A stretch of DNA of 64,000 nt from Bacilli bacterium (GCA_016296775.1 JAEDIE010000001.1:18131-82130); one strand, 5' to 3'. Shown: positions 27,604 to 38,232, counted from the first letter of the stretch. A program made the numbers and translations. The notes: generated by a model not told the origin, from the sequence alone.

Positions 27604-28251
27604 ATGAAAAATTTCTTTAAAAAAACTAGTATTTCACAAATTGGTACTATAGCTTGTGTTGGTTTATGTTTAATTATTTTAGTAGATACAATTTTTACAT
27701 TAATAAAAGGATATATTGTAAGTAAAGATACAATAAATACTTTAATTTTGCCTGCTTTTAGTAGCTTGATTAATGTAGTTTTTTATTTCATTATTAGTGG
27801 ATATTTCACTAAGTCTAAGAAACAATTTGGCTTTGCTTATAATGCAATGATCATTCTTTTATTAAGTGATTATGTTATTCCTTTTATTTTTAACTTCTTT
27901 GATGGATTACTTTTTGATCCATTAAATTTAGCTTCATTTATTATTGGATCAGTATTTTCTTTAGGAATTGGTATTGCCTATTTCATTATCATGTTAATGG
28001 ATAATAAATTTGGTGGTACTAAAAAAGGATTAAACATTGCTTTAATTGTATTAGGTTCAATTTTATTTGGTTTAGCTTTAGTTAGTAGTGTTTTAGATAT
28101 AGTAATTTTATCATTTAGTTTTACTAGTGATATATTGAATAATATTCAAATCATCATTAGTATTGTATTCTCTTTCTTTTCATTTTTAGCAACATCATTA
28201 TATTTCTTCTTCCCATTATATTTAAGAAGATATAGAAAATTAGGTTACTAA
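27604..28251 (+). CDS. Hypothetical polytopic membrane protein (215 aa)
   Basis: Five to six hydrophobic helices. RBS gaggt. Confidence 0.55.
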   Translation: MKNFFKKTSISQIGTIACVGLCLIILVDTIFTLIKGYIVSKDTINTLILPAFSSLINVVFYFIISGYFTKSKKQFGFAYNAMIILLLSDYVIPFIFNFFDGLLFDPLNLASFIIGSVFSLGIGIAYFIIMLMDNKFGGTKKGLNIALIVLGSILFGLALVSSVLDIVILSFSFTSDILNNIQIIISIVFSFFSFLATSLYFFFPLYLRRYRKLGY

Positions 28252-28587
28252 TTAACAAACATCAAATAAATAATCATTATCTTCAATATCTATAATATTT
28301 TTGATAGGTAAAGAAAAATCTTTAAAATAGATAATTTTCTTGTAATTATCTATTTTTTTTATTTTTCCAGAATAATTATAGATATAACCATCAAAGTATA
28401 GTTTAAAGTTATATGTTTCTTCTTTATTGTATGTTCTTAAAATTCGATCTATTTTACTGGCATTTTCACTCGATATTAAAGGTTTTGAGATTTTTCTTTT
28501 CTCATAAAGCATTTTTTCTAGTTCGCTACTTTGTTCGACTAGACTAGAAAAAGGTAAATATTTTTTCATTCCTCTATCGTTTGGCAT
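28252..28587 (-). CDS. YolD-like protein (UmuD-analogue family); not paired with a polymerase here
   Basis: C-terminal YolD-like pattern YFDGYIYNYSGKIKKIDNYKKIIYF..PIKNIIDIED. 111 aa. Confidence 0.4.
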   Translation of the reverse strand: MPNDRGMKKYLPFSSLVEQSSELEKMLYEKRKISKPLISSENASKIDRILRTYNKEETYNFKLYFDGYIYNYSGKIKKIDNYKKIIYFKDFSLPIKNIIDIEDNDYLFDVC

Positions 28588-28729
28588 ATTAAGATTATAT
28601 GAAATTTTAATGTTGGTTTATATGAAAAAAGAAAGAAAATAATTTCATATTTTTTACAATATTAAGTAGCAAAAATAAATATTTACATATTCAAAAATTT
28701 GATACAATATTATCGTTAGGAGAATTTTT

Positions 28730-29533
28730 ATGGGTAGATTAGAAAATAAAGTTATTATTGTTACCGGTTCTACAAGTGGAATTGGAATTGGTATTGCTAA
28801 ACTTTGTGCTAAAGAAGGCGCTAAAGTTATTGTTTCAGGAAGAAGAGAAGAAAAAGGACAAATTGTTGTTGATGCAATTTTAAAAGAAGGCGGTGAAGCT
28901 TCATTCCATTTCTTTGATATTACAAAGCTTGAAACAATTGAATCTTTAATTAAAGATACATATGAAAAATATGGTCACATTGATGTTTTAATTAACAATG
29001 CTGCTAATGTTGCTTTAAAAGATGGTAGAGTTGATGAATTGACTGTCGAAATGTGGGATGCAATTTTTGAAAGCGATATGAGAGGAACTTTCTATGCTAC
29101 AAAAACAGTTCTTCCATATTTAGAAAAGAATGAAAAAGGTGGATCAATTATTAATATTGGTTCTATGGCTTCAACAAATGGAGATTTATCTTCAACAGCT
29201 TATGCTTGTGCTAAAGCAGGTGTTGATATGTTAACTCTTTCAACAGCTCTTCAATATGGTAAAAAGAACATTAGATGTAACTGTATTAGACCAGGACTCA
29301 TTGTAACTCCTGAAAACGACGCTCATGTTCCAGAGTTTTTAAAGAACATCTTCTTAGATAACATCATGGTTAATAGATATGGATGTCCAGAAGATATTGG
29401 CAATTTAGCTGTTTTCTTTGCAAGCGATGAGAGCGAATATGTTAGTGGACAAATTATTAACGTCGATGGCGGTATGAATTCACATGTTCCTACAGTTGCT
29501 CAAATGAGAGCTTTAAATAAGAGAACTTGGTAA
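28730..29533 (+). CDS. SDR-family oxidoreductase (short-chain dehydrogenase)
   Basis: TGSTSGIGIGIA Rossmann motif. Catalytic YxxxK (YACAK). 267 aa. Confidence 0.85.
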   Translation: MGRLENKVIIVTGSTSGIGIGIAKLCAKEGAKVIVSGRREEKGQIVVDAILKEGGEASFHFFDITKLETIESLIKDTYEKYGHIDVLINNAANVALKDGRVDELTVEMWDAIFESDMRGTFYATKTVLPYLEKNEKGGSIINIGSMASTNGDLSSTAYACAKAGVDMLTLSTALQYGKKNIRCNCIRPGLIVTPENDAHVPEFLKNIFLDNIMVNRYGCPEDIGNLAVFFASDESEYVSGQIINVDGGMNSHVPTVAQMRALNKRTW

Positions 29534-29555
29534 TTTATCTAAAATCTTGAACTTA

Positions 29556-29582
29556 AATAGGTAGTTATCTACCTATTTTTAA
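29556..29582 (+). terminator. Rho-independent terminator
   Basis: aataggtag ttat ctacctatt followed by ttttt. Confidence 0.6.
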
Positions 29583-29597
29583 TTTAATAAAATAATT

Positions 29598-29624
29598 TTA
29601 GCACTCACCTATTGCAAGTGCTAA
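29598..29624 (+). promoter_or_regulatory. CIRCE element (HrcA operator) TTAGCACTC-N9-AAGTGCTAA
   Basis: Matches the CIRCE consensus TTAGCACTC-N9-GAGTGCTAA at 17 of 18 inverted-repeat positions. It overlaps a sigma-A-like promoter: TTGCAA at 29612, a 17-nt spacer, and TATAAT at 29635. Confidence 0.7.
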
Positions 29625-29640
29625 AATTAAGTACTATAAT
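29612..29640 (+). promoter_or_regulatory. Sigma-A-type promoter of htpG (-35 TTGCAA, 17 bp spacer, -10 TATAAT)
   Basis: Read from the sequence. Confidence 0.6.
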
Positions 29641-29671
29641 TATTTTAGTTCGAAATTGGAGGTATTTAATC

Positions 29672-31594
29672 ATGAAAGAAACAAAAGAATTTCAAACTGA
29701 AAGTAAACAATTATTAAACTTGATGATTAATTCTATTTATACCAATAAAGAAATATTTTTAAGAGAATTAATCTCAAATGCTAGTGATGCTATTGATAAA
29801 TATAAATATTTGCAATTAACTAGCGAAGGAAAATTAGCTGTTAAAGATTATGAAATTTATCTTAAAGTAGATAAAGGTAATAGAACATTAACTATTAAAG
29901 ATAATGGAATTGGTATGAGCCATGACGATTTAGTTAATAGTTTAGGAACTATCGCTTCAAGTGGAAGTAAAGAATTTTTAAAGAAATATAAAGAAGCTAA
30001 AGATAGTGAAGATCTTAATATTATCGGTCAATTTGGTGTAGGCTTTTATAGTGCTTTTATGGTTGCTGATAAAATTGAAGTTTTAACTAAAACTGTTGAT
30101 GATAAAGCTTATAAATTTTCTAGTGATGGAGTAAAAGAATATACTATTGAAGAAGATAATAAAGAAGACACAGGAACAGAAATTAAATTATTCTTAAAAG
30201 AAGATAAAGAAGATGAAGATTATTCAAAATTTTTAGAATATTACACATTAGAAGACTTAGTTAAAAGATATAGCGACTATATTAGATATCCAATTAAATT
30301 AGATGAAGTAACAAAAACTCCTAAAAAGGATGAAAAAGGTGAAGAAATCAAAGATGAATTTGATGAAGTAGTTGAAACTAAAACTTTAAATTCGATGATT
30401 CCTCTTTGGAAAAAGAATAAAAAAGATGTTACAGATGAAGAAATGGAGAAATTTTATAAAGATAAGTTCTCTGATTATGAAAAACCATTTACATCTTTAT
30501 TCTTAAATGTTGATGGAATAGTTAAATATAATGCTTTAATTTTTATTCCAAGTCATGCTCCATACAATTTATATAGTGAAAACTATGAAAAAGGTTTGGA
30601 TTTGTATTCAAAAGGTATATTTGTTAAAGAAAAATGTAAGGAATTAGTACCTGATTATCTTAAATTTGTTAAAGGTTTAGTAGATAGTGATGATTTCGAT
30701 TTAAATATTTCTAGAGAAATGCTTCAATCTTCTCCGTTACTTAGAAGAATTGAAGACAATATTGAAAAGAAGATATTAGATAAGTTAAAAGAAATTAAAA
30801 ATAATGATTATGATAAATATTTAGAATTCTTTAAAACTTTTGGAGATCACTTTAAATATGCTATTTATCAAACTTATGGAGCTAAAAAAGAACAATTACA
30901 AGATTTATTAGTATTTAATGCTCTTCATAATGAAAAACCAATCTCTTTTAAAGATTATGTTTCTAACATGAAAGAAGATCAAAAGTATATTTATTATGCA
31001 AGTGGAAAATCTCTTGATTATATAAAGATGCTTCCTCAAATTGAAAAGTATAAAAAAGATGGTATTGAAGTTCTTCTTCTTGATAAGAAAATTGATGAAT
31101 TTGCCATTATGATGATGGGTGATTACGATAAAAAAGAATTTAAGAATATAGCTTCAGAAGAAAGTAATGAATTAAGTAAAGAAGAAAAAGATAATCTTGA
31201 TATATTAATTGCTGAAAATAAACGTATTTTAGATGATATTAAAGAAGGATTAAATGGTAAAGTTGATGAAGTTACATTCTCTTCTAAGTTAGTTGATTCT
31301 CCTGTTTGTATTACTACTAAAAACGGATTAAGTTTAAATATGGAAAATACTTTAAATGAAGAAGCAAGAGAAAACAACTTTACAGATGATGTTAAAGCGA
31401 CAAAAGTACTTGAAATTAACCCAAATCATGAATTATTTAAAGCATTTGATGCAATTAAAGATAATGATGAAGAAATTAAATTATATGGCTCAATTTTATA
31501 TGATGAAGCTTTGATGCTTGAAGGATATGAAGTTGAAGATAAGAAAGAATTTATCACTAAACTTAATAAATTGATGCTTAAATCACTTAAATAA
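29672..31594 (+). CDS. htpG: Chaperone HtpG (Hsp90)
   Basis: Hsp90 N-terminal ATPase motifs NKEIFLRELISNASDA and IGQFGVGFYS. Start placed at MKETKEF after RBS ggaggt. Confidence 0.9.
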   Translation: MKETKEFQTESKQLLNLMINSIYTNKEIFLRELISNASDAIDKYKYLQLTSEGKLAVKDYEIYLKVDKGNRTLTIKDNGIGMSHDDLVNSLGTIASSGSKEFLKKYKEAKDSEDLNIIGQFGVGFYSAFMVADKIEVLTKTVDDKAYKFSSDGVKEYTIEEDNKEDTGTEIKLFLKEDKEDEDYSKFLEYYTLEDLVKRYSDYIRYPIKLDEVTKTPKKDEKGEEIKDEFDEVVETKTLNSMIPLWKKNKKDVTDEEMEKFYKDKFSDYEKPFTSLFLNVDGIVKYNALIFIPSHAPYNLYSENYEKGLDLYSKGIFVKEKCKELVPDYLKFVKGLVDSDDFDLNISREMLQSSPLLRRIEDNIEKKILDKLKEIKNNDYDKYLEFFKTFGDHFKYAIYQTYGAKKEQLQDLLVFNALHNEKPISFKDYVSNMKEDQKYIYYASGKSLDYIKMLPQIEKYKKDGIEVLLLDKKIDEFAIMMMGDYDKKEFKNIASEESNELSKEEKDNLDILIAENKRILDDIKEGLNGKVDEVTFSSKLVDSPVCITTKNGLSLNMENTLNEEARENNFTDDVKATKVLEINPNHELFKAFDAIKDNDEEIKLYGSILYDEALMLEGYEVEDKKEFITKLNKLMLKSLK

Positions 31595-31598
31595 TTTG

Positions 31599-31621
31599 AA
31601 GGCTCTTAAGAGCCTTTTTTC
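31599..31621 (+). terminator. Rho-independent terminator
   Basis: aaggctctt aagagcctt followed by tttttt. Confidence 0.7.
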
Positions 31622-31711
31622 TTTGTATTATAACTTTATTAATTTTATAAAGTAGTCTTTAAAATGATGAGAAAAATTTGTAAAATAATTTAGGTTAAGA
31701 GGAAACGAAAT

Positions 31712-33328
31712 ATGGAAAAGAAACCGATGAAATTTATTTTTGTTACGGGCGGAGTTGTGTCTAGCCTTGGAAAAGGAATTAGTGCTGCAAGCATTGGAAG
31801 ATTATTAAAAAGAAGAGGTTTAAATATCTTCTCTATGAAATTAGATCCATATTTAAATGTTGATCCAGGTACAATGTCTCCTTATCAACATGGTGAAGTT
31901 TTTGTAACTCAAGATGGAGCTGAAACAGATCTTGATTTAGGACATTATGAAAGAATTATTAATACCTCTTTAACCAAAGAAAGTAGTGTTACAAGCGGAA
32001 AAGTATATTCAACAGTCATCGAAAAAGAAAGAAGAGGAGCTTATTTAGGAGCTACTGTTCAAATTATTCCTCATATTACTAATGAAATTAAGAAAAGATT
32101 AATCGATGGATTTAACGCAAAAGGTGATACAGATGTTTGTATTGTTGAAATTGGTGGAACTGTTGGTGATATTGAATCTCTTCCATTTTTAGAAGCAATT
32201 AGACAAATGAGAAGGGAATTAGGTTATGAAAATACTTTCTTTGTTCATAACACTTTAGTTCCTTACTTAAAAACTACTGGTGAAATTAAAACCAAACCAA
32301 CTCAACATAGTGTTAAAGAAATTACCGGTTTAGGAATTCAACCAGATGCTTTACTTCTTAGAAGTGAAGTTAAAGTAGATAAAAAGAGTAGACAAAAAGT
32401 AGCTTTATTCTGTAACGTTTCAGATGAAGCTGTTATTAGTGTTGAAGATGTAGATATTATTTACGAAGTAGCTTTAAATTTACAAAAACAACATTTAGAT
32501 GATTTAATTGTTAATCATTTAAGATTGAATTGTAATGAAAAAGCTAATATGGATGATTGGATTTCTTTAATTAGAAAAATTAAAAATATCAAAAAAGAAG
32601 TTACAATTGGCTTAGTTGGAAAATATGTTTCTTTACATGATGCTTATATTTCAGTTTATGAATCATTAAAATTTGCTGGATATAAATTCGATACTAAAAT
32701 TAACGTTAAATGGATAAATAGTGAAAATTTAACTTTAGAAAATTACAAAGAAGAATTAGGCGGCTGTAAGGGCATTGTTGTTCCAGGAGGTTTTGGAGTT
32801 AGAGGAACTGATGGAAAGATTTTAGCTGCTAAATATTGTAGAGAAAACAATGTTCCTTATTTAGGATTATGCTTAGGAATGCAAATAGCTTTAATTGAAT
32901 TTGCTAACAATTGTTTGCATTTAGAAAAAGCTAATTCAACAGAATTTGATAGTGAAACACCATATAAAATCATCGATTACCTTCCAGATCAATATAAAGG
33001 AATCAAGATGGGTGGAACAATGAGACTTGGAAATTATGAATGTAAATTATTAAGTGGAACTAAAACTTATTCTTTATATAATTCACCATTAATTGTTGAA
33101 AGACATCGTCATAGATATGAATTTAATAATGAATATAAAGCATTATTTGAAGAAAATGGAGTTATATTCAGTGGAATAAATCCTCAAACTAATCTTTGTG
33201 AGATTATTGAACTTAAAGATCATCCTTTCTTTATTGCATGTCAATTCCATCCTGAATTTAAATCAAGACCACTTGAACCACATCCATTATTTGTTGGTTT
33301 AGTTGAGGCTAGTATTAAGCATGAATAA
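31712..33328 (+). CDS. pyrG: CTP synthase
   Basis: N-terminal synthase domain [11 protein letters not shown]-terminal glutamine amidotransferase (GATase) domain GLCLGMQ...H..E. 538 aa. Confidence 0.95.
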   Translation: MEKKPMKFIFVTGGVVSSLGKGISAASIGRLLKRRGLNIFSMKLDPYLNVDPGTMSPYQHGEVFVTQDGAETDLDLGHYERIINTSLTKESSVTSGKVYSTVIEKERRGAYLGATVQIIPHITNEIKKRLIDGFNAKGDTDVCIVEIGGTVGDIESLPFLEAIRQMRRELGYENTFFVHNTLVPYLKTTGEIKTKPTQHSVKEITGLGIQPDALLLRSEVKVDKKSRQKVALFCNVSDEAVISVEDVDIIYEVALNLQKQHLDDLIVNHLRLNCNEKANMDDWISLIRKIKNIKKEVTIGLVGKYVSLHDAYISVYESLKFAGYKFDTKINVKWINSENLTLENYKEELGGCKGIVVPGGFGVRGTDGKILAAKYCRENNVPYLGLCLGMQIALIEFANNCLHLEKANSTEFDSETPYKIIDYLPDQYKGIKMGGTMRLGNYECKLLSGTKTYSLYNSPLIVERHRHRYEFNNEYKALFEENGVIFSGINPQTNLCEIIELKDHPFFIACQFHPEFKSRPLEPHPLFVGLVEASIKHE

Positions 33329-34262
33329 AAATTATAAACAAAATTTAAAAACTAGAAATATTAAAGAAAACACTACAAAAACAAAGTATTTAGAAAAAAA
33401 TAATAAGGAATACGTAGTAAAACACGACTCTACATTATTAGAATATTTGATTTCTGATTTACATTTTTCTAGAAACAATGCAAAAGGTTTATTATCTCAT
33501 CATGTTATAGCAATTAATGGAGCTCCTACTTCACAATTTGATTTTCCATTAGTTAAAGATGATGTTTTAATTGTTGCTTCTCATCCTATAAAAAGCAAAA
33601 AACGTAGTGATTTACCAATTATTTTTGAAGATGAATATATTATAGCCATTGATAAACCATATGGTTTACTTTCTGTTGCAAGCGATAAAGAGAAAAATTC
33701 TACAGCTTATAGAATGGTAAGTGATTACTTAAAAGAAAAAGATAGAAAATCTAGAATTTATGTTGTTCATAGACTTGATAAGGAAACAAGTGGAGTTTTA
33801 ATTTTTGCAAAAAATGAAAAGATTAAAGATATGTTTCAAGATTCATGGAATGAACTTGTTACAAAAAGAGGATATTATGCTGTTGTTGAAGGTGTAATGG
33901 AAAAGAAAAGTGATCGAATTACTAATTATTTAAGAATGAATAATTTAAATTTGATGTATGTAACTAAACCTTCAAAAGATAGTTATAAATGCATCACTGA
34001 ATATAGTGTTATTAAAGAAAACGAGAAGAATTCTTTGTTAGATGTTAATATTTTAACTGGAAGAAAAAATCAAATTAGAGTTACTTTAGGAAGCTTAAAT
34101 CACTATGTTTTAGGTGATGATAAATATGGAGAACCACCTAATCCAATTAATAGATTATGTCTTCATGCTTATGAATTAGATATTAAAAATCCTATTACTA
34201 ATAAGACCTATATTTTAAAATCTAAGATACCAAATATTTTTTATGAATTGGTAAAGAAATAG
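33321..34262 (+). CDS. RluA-family pseudouridine synthase
   Basis: [16 protein letters not shown] catalytic motif. S4-like N-terminus. Confidence 0.75.
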   Translation: MNKNYKQNLKTRNIKENTTKTKYLEKNNKEYVVKHDSTLLEYLISDLHFSRNNAKGLLSHHVIAINGAPTSQFDFPLVKDDVLIVASHPIKSKKRSDLPIIFEDEYIIAIDKPYGLLSVASDKEKNSTAYRMVSDYLKEKDRKSRIYVVHRLDKETSGVLIFAKNEKIKDMFQDSWNELVTKRGYYAVVEGVMEKKSDRITNYLRMNNLNLMYVTKPSKDSYKCITEYSVIKENEKNSLLDVNILTGRKNQIRVTLGSLNHYVLGDDKYGEPPNPINRLCLHAYELDIKNPITNKTYILKSKIPNIFYELVKK

Positions 34263-34276
34263 ATTATAATTAAAAT

Positions 34277-35875
34277 ATGGCTAAGGGATTTTTTAAGAAA
34301 ATTTTAGAGACATTTCTTTCTATAATTCCAATGGTTGTTATTATTACCATTATTTTTTTAATTAGTTATTTTGTTCCTTCATTTGGAGGAATTTTGAATA
34401 ATGATAAAGTACCTTTTATTAGTTTAAATTCATATATTCCATTTTTGATTTGTAGCTTAACTTTAGTTGTTGGTTCAAGTTTATTTCAACTTGGTGCTGA
34501 TAATGCTTTAAGTAAGGTTGGTCAAGAGATAGGTTCTCATTTAACTAAGAAAAAGAACATTGTTTTATTAGTTGTTTTAACAATTGCTTTAGGTTTGTTA
34601 ATAACTTTTGCTGAACCTGATTTAACTGTATTTAGCGATATCATCGGAAAACAAATTGATACAACTTTGGGAACTTGGATTGTTAAACTTGCTGCTGGAA
34701 TTGGTGTAGGTATCTTTTTAGCAATAGGAATTGTTAGAATTATTTTTCAAAAATCATTTAAGATTATTATTTTAATATCGTATGGGTTGATATTTGCTTT
34801 AGGTTGCTTATTTGGACCTGTAGCAGGAGATGCTTTCCTTTCAATAAGTTTTGATACAAGTGCTGTTACAACAGGTCCAGCTACTGTTCCTTTTGTTATT
34901 GCTTTTGGAGCAAGTGTAGCTAGTGCTAGAGGTGGTAAAGATTCATCTTCAGACTCATTTGGTTTAAGTGGACTTATGTCTTTAGGACCAGTAATTAGTA
35001 TGTTAATCCTTTGTTTATTTAAACAACCAGAAAGCAATATTTTAGCAATAGAAGTTCATAATTGGTATGAACAAATTGTTCAAGATAATATCTTTATTGA
35101 AATGATTTTTGAGGTACTTTTAGGTGTAGGTCCTTTATTTATTTTCTTTATTATTTATAATTTTATTTTCTTAAAATTAAAAAAAGAGAAACTTATTAAT
35201 ATTTTAATTGGATTTGGACTTACTGCAATTGGTTTATATATTTTCTTACTTAGTGCATCTATCGGATTTAAGGGATTAGCTGAAGAATTAGGTAGAAATA
35301 TTGCTTCTAATCCAAGTTATTATTATTTATTTATTATAATTGGATTGCTAACTGGAATAATTATTGTTTTAGGTGAACCTTCAATTCAAATATTAACTTC
35401 TCAAGTTGAAGAAATAAGTGCTGGTATAATAAAAAAGAAAACAATGATTATTACCTTAGCAATTGGTGTAGGTTTAGCTATTACTTTAGAATTAGCTCGT
35501 AATGTATTCTTTAATGGATTTTCAAGTTTTTACTTATTTATTCCTTTATATTTATTAAGTATTTTCTTAATGTTATTTGTTCCTGATATTTATGCTTCAA
35601 TTGCTTTTGATAGTGGAGGAATAGCTTCAGGAACAATTTCAGTATGTTTTGTTCTTCCTTTTGTAATTGGAATGAGTAAAGAAATTAATCATGTTTCTAA
35701 TTCATTTGGAATTATTGGAATGGTAAGTTGTATGCCAATTTTATGTATTGAAATGTTAGGTATTTCAAGTAAAATTCAATCTAATATTATTCAAAAGAGA
35801 GCAAGAAAGAGCTTTGTTGGTTACGAGGATGCTCAAATTATTCACTTTATGGAGTTAGAATATGAGGATAAGTAA
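34277..35875 (+). CDS. Internally duplicated polytopic membrane protein, DUF1538-like. Candidate transporter.
   Basis: Two homologous halves: ITFAEPDLTVFSD in the first and IVLGEPSIQILTS in the second, each with about 6 TM segments. 532 aa. Confidence 0.55.
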   Translation: MAKGFFKKILETFLSIIPMVVIITIIFLISYFVPSFGGILNNDKVPFISLNSYIPFLICSLTLVVGSSLFQLGADNALSKVGQEIGSHLTKKKNIVLLVVLTIALGLLITFAEPDLTVFSDIIGKQIDTTLGTWIVKLAAGIGVGIFLAIGIVRIIFQKSFKIIILISYGLIFALGCLFGPVAGDAFLSISFDTSAVTTGPATVPFVIAFGASVASARGGKDSSSDSFGLSGLMSLGPVISMLILCLFKQPESNILAIEVHNWYEQIVQDNIFIEMIFEVLLGVGPLFIFFIIYNFIFLKLKKEKLINILIGFGLTAIGLYIFLLSASIGFKGLAEELGRNIASNPSYYYLFIIIGLLTGIIIVLGEPSIQILTSQVEEISAGIIKKKTMIITLAIGVGLAITLELARNVFFNGFSSFYLFIPLYLLSIFLMLFVPDIYASIAFDSGGIASGTISVCFVLPFVIGMSKEINHVSNSFGIIGMVSCMPILCIEMLGISSKIQSNIIQKRARKSFVGYEDAQIIHFMELEYEDK

Positions 35876-36293
35876 AAAAATAAAAGAAAAGGGTAATAAA
35901 AAAAGTGTAGAAAGCAAGCCTTCTTTTGAAAGCGAAAATAAAATTGAAAGATTAAAATTGCTTGTTATTATTGTTAATCGTAATCAAGGTCAATTTTTTG
36001 TATCAAGATTTTTAGAAAATGATATTAGTGCAGTTTTTGAAGTATATGGAAAAGGAACTGCTCCAAAAGAAATATATGAACTTGTTGGACTAAATGATTC
36101 TAAAAAAGATTTAGTATTAGGAATTATTAAAGAATCAGATTTAGATAAATATATGAAAATCATTAATGAAAGATTTTCATTTAGCCCTACATCAAAAGGA
36201 GTAGCATTTACTATTAAAATTAGTTCTATGGCTGGTGTAATTATGTATAAGTTCTTAACTAATAATAAGGAGAGGATTAAAAATGGGAAATAA
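35862..36293 (+). CDS. P-II-like small signal-transduction protein (first paralogue, with an N-terminal lysine-rich extension)
   Basis: Core LKLLVIIVNRNQGQFFVSRF resembles the beta-alpha-beta start of P-II/DarA folds. Overlaps the upstream stop. Confidence 0.4.
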   Translation: MRISKKIKEKGNKKSVESKPSFESENKIERLKLLVIIVNRNQGQFFVSRFLENDISAVFEVYGKGTAPKEIYELVGLNDSKKDLVLGIIKESDLDKYMKIINERFSFSPTSKGVAFTIKISSMAGVIMYKFLTNNKERIKNGK

Positions 36294-36612
36294 AGGTGAA
36301 TTAATTGTAGCGATTATTAATAGAGGATATAGCGATTTAGTAATGGAAGCAGCTAAAAAAGCTGGAGCTAGAGGTGGAACAATTTTTAATGCTCATGGAA
36401 CTGGAAATAAAGAAATTGAAGAATATTTTGGTGTTCCTATTCAACCTGAAAAAGAGATGGTTTTTATAATTGTCGATAAATCAATTAAAGATAATGTTTT
36501 GTTGAATATTTATAAAGATGCAGGATTAGAAACAAAAGGTCAAGGAATTGTTTTTTCTCTTCCTGTTGATGATATGGTTGGTGTTACTTTAAATGAAGAA
36601 GAAACTAAATAG
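36283..36612 (+). CDS. P-II/DarA-like small signal-transduction protein (109 aa)
   Basis: ELIVAIINRGYSDLVMEAAKKAGARGGTIFNAHGTG ... GQGIVFSLPVDD parallels the P-II/DarA (YaaQ) pattern. Confidence 0.55.
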   Translation: MGNKGELIVAIINRGYSDLVMEAAKKAGARGGTIFNAHGTGNKEIEEYFGVPIQPEKEMVFIIVDKSIKDNVLLNIYKDAGLETKGQGIVFSLPVDDMVGVTLNEEETK

Positions 36613-37423
36613 AATAGTAAATCTTCTTAACTATATTTTTATTAATATTAAATAATAAACTTACTGCTAAAATGGCATCTTTAGGTGTCATTTTATTTTC
36701 GATTAATAATTTTAATTTATCTTTTATTTGTTCTAAAGATATTGTTTCTTCGTCACTAAAATTACCTTCAACAATTAAAACAATTTCTCCAATAATCTCT
36801 CTTTTTGATTCTAAAATTTCTTCTAATGAAATTCTAATAAATTCTTCATGAATCTTAGTTAATTCTCTAGCAATACAAATATTTCTATTTCCAAAAACAT
36901 TAAATAAATCATTCAAAGTATCATAAATTCTATGAGGAGCCTCGTAAAAAACTATAGTATTTCCCACCTCTTTTAATTGTTCTAACTCTTTTATTCTTTC
37001 ACTTTGTTTAGATTTTAAAAATCCATAAAATAAGAATTTGGAAGGATCAATTCCACTTCCAACAAGAGCATTCAAAAATGCATTTGGTCCTGATAAAGGA
37101 ACAATTTTTATATCGTATTTTAAGCATTCTTTTACTAAATTATATCCAGGATCACTAATACAAGGATAACCAGCATCAGATAAATAACCTACTGTTTTCC
37201 CACTTAAAATTTCATTTACTATATTAATTGAGGCTTCAATTTCGTTATGTTCATGACATGAAATTGTTTTCTTTTTTATATTTAATAGATTAAGTAATTT
37301 ATTTGTATTTCTTGTATCTTCACAAGCTAAAAAATCACAAATAGAAATAGTTTCTAATACACGTGGAGAAACTTCTTTTAAATTTCCAATTGGAGAAGGT
37401 ATTAAATATAATGATCCAATCAT
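36605..37423 (-). CDS. rsmI: 16S rRNA (cytidine1402-2'-O)-methyltransferase RsmI
   Basis: Tetrapyrrole-methylase fold. N-terminus LYLIPSPIGN...ACEDTR. Confidence 0.85.
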   Translation of the reverse strand: MIGSLYLIPSPIGNLKEVSPRVLETISICDFLACEDTRNTNKLLNLLNIKKKTISCHEHNEIEASINIVNEILSGKTVGYLSDAGYPCISDPGYNLVKECLKYDIKIVPLSGPNAFLNALVGSGIDPSKFLFYGFLKSKQSERIKELEQLKEVGNTIVFYEAPHRIYDTLNDLFNVFGNRNICIARELTKIHEEFIRISLEEILESKREIIGEIVLIVEGNFSDEETISLEQIKDKLKLLIENKMTPKDAILAVSLLFNINKNIVKKIYYSI

Positions 37424-38232
37424 GATACTTTCTTTAACTTTTTAAAGTCCTCTAATGCAATGTATTCAACATCTTCTTTAGTTTCAATTCTAATTACTTT
37501 AGAAATAATATTAAAAGATGTAACTTTATAAATTTCGTTATTATATTTAACTGTTGAATTAATAGCAGGGAAAGCTTTTTTAGCTTCAGTATAAGCATCA
37601 TCTTCAAATTTTAAACAGCACATTAATTTTCCACATTGACCGCTAAGTTTAGGAATATTAATAGTTAACATTTGGTTTTTAGCTTTACTTAAAGATACTC
37701 CTTCAAATTCTTTTAAGAAAGTAGTGCAGCAAAGTGGAAGTCCACAAACACCAATACCACCAATTATTTGAGCTCTTTCTCTAACATTTACTTGTTTAAG
37801 TTCAATTCTACAATGTAAAGCACCAGCTAAAAGCTTTAATAAATTTCTAAAATCAACTCTATCTTGAGCAATATAAGTAAATAAAATTTTAGTTTTATCT
37901 AAAGTATATGAAGCGTCAATTAAATCCATATTTAATTTTTCTTGTTGAGCATATTTATTAAATATATTTTTAGCTTCTAAAGCATCTAGAGAATTTCTTT
38001 TATGGACTAATAAATCTTGTTTTGTAGCTCTTCTAACAATTGGAATAACTTCAAAAGGAGCTTTAACTTCACTTAATAATCTAGGATCGGCGGTAACTCT
38101 TCCAAGTTCTAAGCCAACAACAGTGTTAACAACAACAAATTCACCCATTTTAATAGTTTCATCTGTTGTTTTAAAAAAGTAATTCTTTCCGGTTTCAGTA
38201 AATGATATGTTTAAACAATATTCTATATCCAT
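37420..38232 (-). CDS. ricT: PSP1-domain protein RicT/YaaT
   Basis: PSP1 C-terminal domain with Cys-rich GVCGLPLCCTTF...CGKLMCC. Conserved holB-yaaT linkage. Confidence 0.8.
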   Translation of the reverse strand: MDIEYCLNISFTETGKNYFFKTTDETIKMGEFVVVNTVVGLELGRVTADPRLLSEVKAPFEVIPIVRRATKQDLLVHKRNSLDALEAKNIFNKYAQQEKLNMDLIDASYTLDKTKILFTYIAQDRVDFRNLLKLLAGALHCRIELKQVNVRERAQIIGGIGVCGLPLCCTTFLKEFEGVSLSKAKNQMLTINIPKLSGQCGKLMCCLKFEDDAYTEAKKAFPAINSTVKYNNEIYKVTSFNIISKVIRIETKEDVEYIALEDFKKLKKVS

